A stretch of DNA of 64,000 nucleotides from Squalus acanthias (taxonomy: Eukaryota): the NCBI GenBank assembly GCA_030390025.1, contig CM059432.1, forward strand, positions 129,458,001 to 129,522,000, in the 5' to 3' direction. A program made the translations under genes and the position numbers. The number at the start of each line of letters is the position of its first letter. Position 1 is the stretch's first letter. Positions 26,901 to 35,606 of the stretch are shown here, piece after piece. The notes below the pieces were generated by a model that saw only the letters and a list, made by a program, of their open reading frames with translations, did not search any database and was not told the origin of the DNA.

Positions 26901-27535
26901 ACTCAGATCAGGGCACCCACTTTACAGGAACCGTAGTTAAACAGATATGCGCATGGATGGGCATCAAACAGAAGTTTCATATCCCCTACCATCCTCAGAG
27001 TTCCGGGATGGTGGAGCGAATGAATTGAACCCTGAAAACAGCCTTAGCTAAGGCATTAGGGGAAAAGCATCAACGATGGGTAGATATGCTACCAACCGTG
27101 TTAATGAAATTAAGGGCAACTCCAAACCGGACCACAGGCTTATCACCATATGAGCTAATGACAGGAAGGGCAATGCGGCTTCCACACAGTATAATAACCG
27201 GAGGAGAGGACGTGGGATCTTTAAAAGATAGACTCCGCCGGTACGTCCTGGAATTAAGTAATCAGTTAAAAGAGATGCGACAACAAACTCGGGAAAGGCA
27301 GGAAGAGAAAGACAAGGATTTGGAATTAACTGCGCTTTCATACGTTCCCCCGGCAGGGACTAAGGTCATGGTTAAAAGCTTGCCAGGGAAGCCAGGAATC
27401 ACATTTGCCCCTAAATGGTCAGGGCCATATCAAATCCTTATCAGCGGAGATACGTGTGCTTGCATTGATATAAAGGGCATGGGACGATGGAAGCACTGGA
27501 CACAGTTAAAAGCCTACAACCCTTTACAAATATAG
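23986..27535 (+). pseudogene. pol: Inner ERV Pro-Pol (PR-RT-RNaseH-IN; 2 frameshifts, 2 stops)
   Basis: In frame with gag after TGA-CTG; LVDTGA, YVDD (25008-25019), LYVDGS/AEIVAL/YTDSRY, HHCC and QIDFIGP...DSDQG...GMVER. Confidence 0.95.
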
Positions 27536-27537
27536 AA

Positions 27538-27768
27538 ATGGCTACACCAGAGCAAATACCGTTCACAGAAAGTGAAGAGTATGCCAGGCAGTATAAAGAA
27601 TGGGAATGGGCGCTGGTACAAGCGCTGGTTTGGACTATATGCACTTTTCTAATGGGATACACCTTAGGTTGTATCCTGAAGTATGTATGGGAACAGTCCC
27701 GCCAACATCAACTCCGGGCGGTAGTAAGGGAGGAAATCCAAATGGTTGTGATCAGAGAACCAAACTAA
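27538..27768 (+). CDS. Putative 76-aa single-pass membrane accessory protein between pol and env
   Basis: Open frame starting 2 nt after the pol stop; hydrophobic WALVQALVWTICTFLMGYTLGCILKYVW flanked by charged segments. Confidence 0.5.
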   Translation: MATPEQIPFTESEEYARQYKEWEWALVQALVWTICTFLMGYTLGCILKYVWEQSRQHQLRAVVREEIQMVVIREPN

Positions 27769-27870
27769 TAATTGTATATTACACTCTCACAGGAAGAACA
27801 GAATCTACAAGCAACAAATAGTTAGGTTGGCGATATAGCCTTTGGGACGTTGTTAATATAGAGTAATAAG

Positions 27871-29448
27871 ATGAAATTGCTTATGTGTATTAGTGTAATC
27901 GCAATATGCGTTATGGACATTGCCTCGTTGAAATACAAATGCCTTCTTCGGAGACAAGATCCAATAAGATTGTGTGACCAAGATACGATTTACTGCCCAG
28001 CCTCTGATGAAAGAAACAGAGAGGAGTGGAGGCTGGAGCGAGAAACCGAAACCACAGCCTGGCTTACCAAAGGTTCAAGAACTTATATGACTGACAGGAG
28101 TAATTGGACTGTCCCATGCGGGGATACTCCTTGCCTAGTTGACTTACGGTGTCCCACAGCCCGGAAATATCAAAAAGAGAAATCGAGCAGACGGTTGAAA
28201 CGAGAATTAAATGTAAACACATTTCTGTATATGTCTTATACTTATGCTAAACGAAGTAATGTATCTAAATATTGGGTATGTGCCCACGTTCCTATACATG
28301 TGCAGGAAGGGATCCCTTTAAGACCAGTACCGTTTAATGAGTCAGAGATGGCAGCATGGTATTTAAATCAAAACTCTTCCAGGAATGGTCTCAGGATGGG
28401 AGCTCAAACTAAAGGAGGGACCTACCAGGTGGATGTGAGTGGGGATCGAAAGGAATGGCAATCGTCAGGTTACAACCTGACCACCTTCCAGGGGTGGTAT
28501 CAGCCCAATTACAATCGTACTCAACCACCCCCGTCTTTGATGTTAACAAATACCTCAGGGGTAGGTAGAACCCGGGGAGCGATATGCATGATCAGAAACC
28601 TAAAGAAAGGAGAAAATGGAACAAAAGTGGGATGGAGTCGTTGCTCCCAGTCTTGGAACTTAAATAAGGACGCTGACAGTTCCAGACTCTCGTTCAAGAA
28701 TCTCACCAACAGTGGCAGTAGTTTCATACAGAAATGGAGCCCCGAAACAGTACAATCCCTCACTGCCTATAACGGTACCTATTTTATATGCGGCCACAAG
28801 GCATATCCATGGTTGCCCCAGTCCTGGACAGGGTCATGTTACATGGGATATGTAATCCCGTATACCCGATTTACTAAAACCCTAACTATACGCACGAAAA
28901 GAGCAATCACAGAAACCGAAAGGTTCTTCGCTATTGCCTTCCCCTGGTATGGATCGGGGAAGTTAGCAAGAGAATCTATTAACATAGCGGCGGTGTTAGA
29001 GCAAGTAGCCAACGACACCGCTGAAGCTTTGATAAGCATTAGTGTGGAGATGGTCGCTTTAAGAACAGTAACCCTTCAGAATAGGTTGGCCCTCGATTAC
29101 CTTCTGGCCAAACAAGGAGGAACGTGTGCAATAATAGGGACAGAATGTTGTACCTACATTCCAGACAACTCAGAAAATATAACTAATCTGGCTGAACATA
29201 TACAGGAGGAGGTAAAGAAATTAAAGCAACCTCCAGCATTTACCCTCTGGAGCTGGGTAACCAGGTGGCTAGGGACGTTGGGGACATCAGTAGCACAGGG
29301 ACTGATTTTGTTCTTCATTGTAATCTTGATTATGCATTCTGTAATATTACTATTGAAATGCATGTGTAAACAATCAATAGTGGGGGCAGCAAAAGCAGCC
29401 CCCATGATGCTGCTACGGGAGGAGGAATGGGATGGCACTTTTATGTAA
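27871..29448 (+). CDS. env: Gamma-type envelope glycoprotein, 525 aa, open reading frame
   Basis: Signal peptide, (Y)WVC at the CXXC position, furin site RTKR, fusion peptide, ISD LQNRLALDYLLAKQGG, CX6CC, TM helix; upstream acceptor ctctcacAG at 27791-27792. Confidence 0.93.
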   Translation: MKLLMCISVIAICVMDIASLKYKCLLRRQDPIRLCDQDTIYCPASDERNREEWRLERETETTAWLTKGSRTYMTDRSNWTVPCGDTPCLVDLRCPTARKYQKEKSSRRLKRELNVNTFLYMSYTYAKRSNVSKYWVCAHVPIHVQEGIPLRPVPFNESEMAAWYLNQNSSRNGLRMGAQTKGGTYQVDVSGDRKEWQSSGYNLTTFQGWYQPNYNRTQPPPSLMLTNTSGVGRTRGAICMIRNLKKGENGTKVGWSRCSQSWNLNKDADSSRLSFKNLTNSGSSFIQKWSPETVQSLTAYNGTYFICGHKAYPWLPQSWTGSCYMGYVIPYTRFTKTLTIRTKRAITETERFFAIAFPWYGSGKLARESINIAAVLEQVANDTAEALISISVEMVALRTVTLQNRLALDYLLAKQGGTCAIIGTECCTYIPDNSENITNLAEHIQEEVKKLKQPPAFTLWSWVTRWLGTLGTSVAQGLILFFIVILIMHSVILLLKCMCKQSIVGAAKAAPMMLLREEEWDGTFM

Positions 29449-29618
29449 CAAAGAATAAGACACTGAGCCCATCCCATCCGATGCAGAAAGAAACAAGGAC
29501 GGGTCCTCAGGACAGGGATCCTAAACCACCAATACAGGGTTATAACCCCGGAGATGGTAACAAAGGCAAGGTACAGTAATTGGTTCCCGGGACAAACTTT
29601 AAGCTTGATCCGGGACCG

Positions 29619-29630
29619 AACAGGAGGGAC
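29619..29630 (+). promoter_or_regulatory. Polypurine tract of inner ERV
   Basis: AACAGGAGGGAC directly before the 3' LTR. Confidence 0.9.
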
Positions 29631-30213
29631 TGAAAGGGTTAATTTGAAATGGTTAAATTCAACTTCTGCAGTGTGCAGTGAAGGTTCTGCAAAACAAGAT
29701 AAGGAATAGATACGGTCCCAGCTGCCGGACAAGACCAAATGGGGGCTCAGTGTACAGAATATTTCTAATAACTGAAGTATTGAAAGAAACATCCCAGAGA
29801 CCTTCTGAAGAAGTGATAAGAATGTACTACTCTAGCTAGAAGTTGTAGGCACAGTGCCCAATAAATGATAACATACAGAACTGTGTAGGCACAGCAGGAT
29901 GTAGTGATCGTGGGACCCTAGCCCATGATCAGAAAGCATAGCAAGATGTAACTAACCTTTTATGATTGTTACCAAATAAAAATGAATAAGCCAAAATATA
30001 ATCAGGTGATTAATGTAATATAATGTGATTGGATGTAAATCGATGTATGATGGCATGTAGCCAGAAAAACTAAATAAAAAGCTGTATTAACCAATGTTAG
30101 ACGAGAAGGGGGTACACAAGGTCACGGGACCTTTGTCTCTTCTCCCAAAGTACTTTGCCTAATAAACTGTGTGTTGAGCTTTACACAGACTCTGAGAATT
30201 ATTTTCTCCAACA
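29631..30213 (+). repeat. 3' LTR of inner ERV (583 bp)
   Basis: Direct repeat of 21257-21856. Confidence 0.95.
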
Positions 30214-32443
30214 CTTGGCACACAACTAAAATGTGGGAGGCTATCCTAATCCATGAAGGCACTTCAATATTGGTGAACAGGTCCCACCACGGTGGGATTA
30301 CTATGTCTAGAATTTCTGTCCCTATCTCGACAGTCTTTTGTTCTAGGGTGTAAAAATGTTTTTGCGATACCGCGACGGCTTTCAAAAGCTTGATGAGGTG
30401 TTCAGGGAGAGGGGGAATGATGTATCCGAAATGCGCGACGAATCGCTGCAAGTCGGTAAAATTCTCTTTCACTGTAAGATGAACAGTGGATGGTTCAGGG
30501 ATCGGGACAATTCGCTGCTGTGCCACTTGAACTTCAGCCCTGGGTTTAAAACAGAAACTGCTGTCACTCACCGGACACCGGCTGCGGTTTCCATGCTGGT
30601 AGTGTTGCGCTGCAGTGGTAACGCAATATGTTCCACCCCCTATGTATGCCACCTGCGGAGGCACATGATCTTGTGTCATTGCTTCCATGGTGCAATTCAT
30701 GGGCTTCGCGCCAGCCGTTCTGAACCCGCATTGTGGTGTTAAAAAGGCATTCAAGTGCTGGGGACACAGTATTATGTGTGCTCCCCGGCCACGACAACCC
30801 GAGAGATCGGTACCTGTCATCGTTTGCTCCCAACGGATGATGTAAGGTGGGACCGCTGCGTAGCGAATGTGGGCTCCCCCCTGAATGACACCAATGTTCT
30901 CTACCCGATACACCGGGGCGGGCTTTGCTGTGTCGCCCAAAACCGGCATACGTAATACTATACCCACGATGGTATGGTTTGACCGTCCGCACTCCACGGG
31001 GACTGGGTATGCCTCTGAGGCTAGCCTGAGCTGGCACGGGCTTAATGCGTTCTGAAAAGGGTGGAGCGCCTGCAGGTGTTTGTTACTTATCCAGGACGGG
31101 ACCAAACCTTGTTTTAAATCCTCCAAATTACTGCGGCCCTCGCCCAGTAACCACGCCCCGTATAGTACGCACACCTCGTTCTGCGCAGCTTGATCGGATG
31201 CATTCCGATCTTCCCTAATCAGGGCATTTACCGTTCTCGCATGCTTCTCCAGCTCTGCTATAATTTCCTTTAAGTGTAGCGTCATGGCCTGGTCCTCATG
31301 TAACTCAGACCCTACTACCTTGTTTTCGCTTGTGAGGATGCTTTTTAATTGTGTTTTTAAACCATTGATCTGGGTCTGCAGCTCCACGTTGTCTAGAGCA
31401 TTGACCACAGATGTTCCTGTATTAAAAGCGGTGAACATATCGTTCACAATACCCCTTCTTTGTCTCCCCACCTGACCCAAAACTTCGTGTGGTGTGGTGT
31501 ACAAGCTTGTCTTGTCAATCTCTGCAAAATCAAACTCGTAGAATTGTTTAAACATGTTTGTCAACAGGACCTGGTACAATTGTTCCGTTTCTTTGGGGCA
31601 CCACTCTGGCAACCGCACCTCGGTGAGATTTAAAATCACCGAGGCCACCGCGTAATGTACCCCTTGAAATAGTATCTGGTCTGCTGGGACCAGTACCAAA
31701 CCATTCCCGGGCCCCTTAGTGGTTTTAGAACACCCTTCCTCCTGAGCCAAAACCACCGGAATCGTGGGCGGGGCCTTGCGTGGGCGCGTGATGAGTTCAG
31801 TGGTGTTTACCGGGATCGGGGAGTATGGAGCTCCGCACCCCCTGGTGCTGACATCCCACCTCATCCCTTTACCGTTATCCTGCCACTGGTTTACGAAAAA
31901 TATGGATATACCCTTGGGGCAAACGTACTTCGATCCCCACATACAAACATAAATTCCCTCATCCGGTTCCCACCATTTGTCCCAACAGACTTTCAATTGT
32001 CCGTTAGTCCCCGTAATTGTCCGATGGGTATTGTTACCCAATCGCTCCCACTCGACTGAGGAATTTCTCATATTCTTGCTCAATTTCCGTAACCACCACC
32101 ATCGGCTCAATGGGACCTTCCCATTGCATGTCAAACAAATCCTTTTGCCGACGGTGACGCTGATTCTGGGTGCAATGATCCTCACTCTGGGGCACAGTAA
32201 AGAAGTCTCTTTGTAGGCAAATCCCGATGCACTGGAGTATTCCGTTGAATTCGTTCCCAGCCATCCCGGCCACCTTCCCTTGTGGAAATAAGTGGCGGTC
32301 TCCTCAGCCTTTCGCTTCCCGGTACCATCCGTCGCGATGGGGGCCGTGTCCCCGGAGCAACCAAACACAACGACATCCTTGGTGAGGCCCCGATAGGCCA
32401 ATCCATATCCGATCGCTGCGAGCACTATCAGAATCCGTTCCAT
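30214..32443 (-). CDS. env: Outer element envelope: Ig-like domain plus F-type class I fusion protein (first 743 of 783 aa)
   Basis: Signal peptide MERILIVLAAIGYGLA; Ig pattern C106-W116/117-DEGIYVC167; furin site RQRR (327-330) then GIVNDMF fusion peptide and heptad repeat; Cys-rich ectodomain; TM cut by the ERV; acceptor ttttatctgatcacAG 12 nt before the ATG. Confidence 0.8.
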
Positions 32444-32722
32444 CTTTCCTGGTTCCTGTGATCAGATAAAATGCTGTAGCCAGCCTCCCCAGAGTCTCTG
32501 GCTTTTGTGAAGGGTGAGCGGGTCCCTTGACCTCGTCTCACGTATAACGACATGTATGCTGGATAGACTTTAACTATTCCTATCTCTAAACTCCCATCAT
32601 TTTACCATTTTCTGTTAAAAAATTAAACTACAAACTTAACCTGATTTAAAACTATAAACTTAAACTTATAAACTTATAAACTTATAAACTGTACAGCGCC
32701 GCCCGTTCCCAGGGCGGCCTAC

Positions 32723-33802
32723 CTAAATTCTGCGAAGGCTGCCACGAGCTTTTCCCAACGGTGGGAGGGCACTGACCCCTTCCTTTGATCTGCCGCAGCC
32801 TGTCGCTGCTGCGCTGGGACTGGGATCTCCCTGGGCTGCCTTGACCTTGAACTTACGCCTGGAGGCGTACGGGGGACTTGACCACGCCTTCCTGGGCTGG
32901 GGTGTCCGACCTGACCTACGGAGGGCTACATTGGACAAGGTTTGCAGGGCCGACGGACCGGGTACTGAGACTTCCACCGTCGCGGCCTGTGGTCCCACCA
33001 CAGCCGCTGGCTCCGTCTCCCCTGGCTCCGCCTCCCTGAACTCGGGATTTGCAGTTTCTGGTACCACCCTACTTGGCCCAGTATGTGGTCCTCTACTCAC
33101 AATCCCTACCTCCCCCAAGGGCAAGACTTCCAAGGCTGACGGACCGGGTTCCGAGACTTCCACCGTCACGACCTGTGGTCCTACCACAGCCGCTGGCTCC
33201 GTCTCCCCTAGCTCCGCCCCCCTGGGCTCGGGACCTGCAGTTTCTGATTCCACCCTGTGTGGATCTCCACTCGCAATCCCTATCTCCCCTAAGCTTGAGT
33301 CGAGGACGAACCTTTCGTCCTCCGATCTCAGCACCTCTCCGATCGGGTCACTATCTTGGTCGAGCTCCTCGAGCTCTTCCTCATCGGAATCCCAACCCCA
33401 AGAAAAGATCTTACACTTTCCTAGAATGTCCTCTCCCCTCACGCAGGCTGCTTTACCAGTCTGTGTGCCCTGCTGTCCTGCTTGGGGCTGAGAGGCCCCA
33501 CTCGCAGGTCTGGCCCCTCCCCTAAGACAGGCCACCGCCCCTGCTTGTGCATTCTGTGAAATCTCGCCTGCTGGAGGCTGCAGATTTCTATTCTGTTTTA
33601 AATCCTCATACTCCCTGCTCCTGGCTACCCTGTAGGCTGCTTTTATGTCTCTAAGCTGCCCTTCTAGCCCGTCTACTTTGCCCATTAAACGGGCGTTCTC
33701 CTCCCGTAAGGCCTGCTCTTTTAACCTGGCCTCCTTACAGGAGACCCCCTCCTGTGCGCGTCTTTCAAGGGGACACAGGTAGGCAGGCTGCACCGGTTCC
33801 AG
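32723..33802 (-). CDS. Gag readthrough extension in the place of pol (coiled coil, acidic tract, 2x ~60-aa repeat, basic tail)
   Basis: Open for 359 codons, in frame after the gag TGA-CTG; no enzyme motifs; internal repeat with 186-nt offset. Confidence 0.6.
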   Translation of the reverse strand: MEPVQPAYLCPLERRAQEGVSCKEARLKEQALREENARLMGKVDGLEGQLRDIKAAYRVARSREYEDLKQNRNLQPPAGEISQNAQAGAVACLRGGARPASGASQPQAGQQGTQTGKAACVRGEDILGKCKIFSWGWDSDEEELEELDQDSDPIGEVLRSEDERFVLDSSLGEIGIASGDPHRVESETAGPEPRGAELGETEPAAVVGPQVVTVEVSEPGPSALEVLPLGEVGIVSRGPHTGPSRVVPETANPEFREAEPGETEPAAVVGPQAATVEVSVPGPSALQTLSNVALRRSGRTPQPRKAWSSPPYASRRKFKVKAAQGDPSPSAAATGCGRSKEGVSALPPLGKARGSLRRI

Positions 33803-35602
33803 TCAGAAGTCCGGGTTGCATGGGGCTGTTGCTACCTTCCCGTGCAAAATCATGAGAGACCGCATGGCTCCTAACATTGATTCTATCGCATCGGGATGGA
33901 TAGGCACACCAGCTCCTTTCTCAGAGACAGGCGCTTGGGTACGGGCTGCAGGAATTTTATCCCTGGGGTCCTTCCAGGGGTTCCTACAGTTCTTACGCCA
34001 GTGACCTGTCTTCCCGCACCCGTAACAAGCACCACTGGTTTGTGGGGCGCGATTTCCCTCCTGATGCCACTCCTTTTGAGCCGGGGCTGTGGGCCGTGCC
34101 TCATGCACCTTTCCCTTAAGGGGACGCGCTCCTGTGCTCCTAGTGTTCCGATACCCTATCGTGAGTCGATTTAGGACCGACTCCTCTGTTGTGGCGGGGT
34201 TAGTGGGATGAAACCACGCTTTGGCCTGCTCCCTGACGGCTGGCAAACTGTTGGCTACTAAACACCTGAGCCAATGAGCTTAACCGACACCGTCCAGATA
34301 GGCGCGCGCTGGCGCACCTGGGCAGCTACGCTGGTATACTGGCCACAGCCTGTCGGCGAAAACCTTCGGGGGTTCTCCCTCCATCTCAACTGTCTGACCC
34401 AATCTAACGAACGGACCTTCGTCGTCCGCCCCCAACACTTCTAGGACCTCGTCCCTTAACTTCTCATAGGTATTATTACCCCTCTTGCTCTCGTCTGAGA
34501 GACACTGAAGGATCGAGCTATCTAACGAGAACAGCAACATTTTAGTCTTTTCCGCATCGTCGCAGCCATTAATTGCTGCGGTCTGTTCTACCTCCCTGAA
34601 GTGTACGGAAGGGTCGTCTGACTCAGACAGCTTCCGTACATGACTAATCATTGCTCTCAGCTGGTGTGAGCTGTGAGGCAACACAAGCTGGTTCAGGACA
34701 TCCCCGTGCTCCCCATTTTCTCCGTTCGGGCCCCTCTTGTGACCTGTGAGCGGACACAACGGTCCCGGCTTCGACACTACCTCTGGGTATTGTTCTACCT
34801 CGGGGACCTCCTCTTCTATTTCCGCCACTTTCTTCCTTACCCAGGTTGCCGAATAGCTGGGTGGCGCGGAGGGCGCAGTGGCAAATACCTCCTCTGCTTT
34901 GTCTGGTAGGGATTTTGGGAATTCCCTACCCACCTGTGGCTGGTGTGCTGACGGGCTGATGAGGCACACCATGCCGTTTGCCTTATTCAGGGCCTCTCTT
35001 AGGCTCCCTATCTCCTTCTGGCAAACACTGTGGTCGGCTCCCTCATGCTTATCTTTGAGGGCCATCTTATATGCCGCCCTAACTCCCTTCAAGCTTTCTT
35101 CTTGGGCTCTTATCTGGGTAGCTAGGCGGGCACACCGTTCTCTAATCCTACCCTCGTTTAACTTCGCTTCCGTGACCTGACACTCTAGGTAATCTATTTT
35201 AGCCTCATGGTGGTTGGCTACTATCTGGCGTTCCTGATGTAACGCATTCAAGGATGCGATGAGTTTTTGTCCTCCCGTGACCTTTTCCTCCATCTCAACT
35301 CCCAATTCCCTGATCTGAGCTGCCTGTGCCAGAATGACCTGGTCCGAAAGTTGGACTTGCTTCTTGTAGCACATCAGTCAGACCGCTTTCTCTACCGACT
35401 TCTTATGCTCTTTACTGTCTGTCCATTTGATGGCTGCGTCTAGCGGACGCTTATGCATCAGCAGGTCACTTATCCACCTTTTGGTTAAGTTAACCTTCCC
35501 AAACACATAGTCGGCTACCCTCTCATCCATCACATTTTGCCTATTCACACCAGGGTCTAAAACATTACTCTCTCGCTGCCAGCCTCGTGCCGCGGTCACC
35601 AT
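33803..35602 (-). pseudogene. gag: Outer element Gag (~600 codons, one frame, 2 internal stops)
   Basis: ORFs 35378-35602, 34280-35374 and 33803-34246 are co-frame; coiled coil, PSAPPSY, MHR-like EMEGEPPKVFADRLWPVY, CCHC knuckle CYGCGKTGHWRKNC. Confidence 0.85.
35584..35601 (-). promoter_or_regulatory. Degenerate PBS, closest to tRNA-Trp
   Basis: TGGTGACCGCGGCACGAG 5 nt after the 5' LTR; first 8 nt and 13/18 overall match the Trp PBS TGGTGACCCCGACGTGAT. Confidence 0.5.
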
Positions 35603-35606
35603 TTTC

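Larger units (their letters stand above)
21257..30213 (+). mobile_element. Full-length endogenous retrovirus (LTR-gag-pro-pol-orf-env-LTR)
   Basis: TG...CA LTRs, 5-bp TSD CTTGG (21252-21256 / 30214-30218), PBS, PPT and all retroviral domains in canonical order. Confidence 0.97.

Noticed and set aside
29154..29792. 212-aa minus-strand ORF across the env end and 3' LTR
   Set aside because: It has a non-ATG start inside the LTR, is antisense to env, and shows no domain signal.
32645..32690. (TAAACTTA)n short tandem repeat as a CRISPR-like or regulatory array
   Set aside because: A simple 8-bp microsatellite with no spacers, in eukaryotic retroelement context.
32841..33525. Long plus-strand ORFs (216 and 158 aa)
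   Set aside because: Antisense shadows of the GC-rich repetitive ORF-X.
35378..35380. First gag stop (TGA-CTG) as a second programmed readthrough
   Set aside because: The context AV*LMCY is most simply a TGG-to-TGA mutation; other copies are needed to decide.
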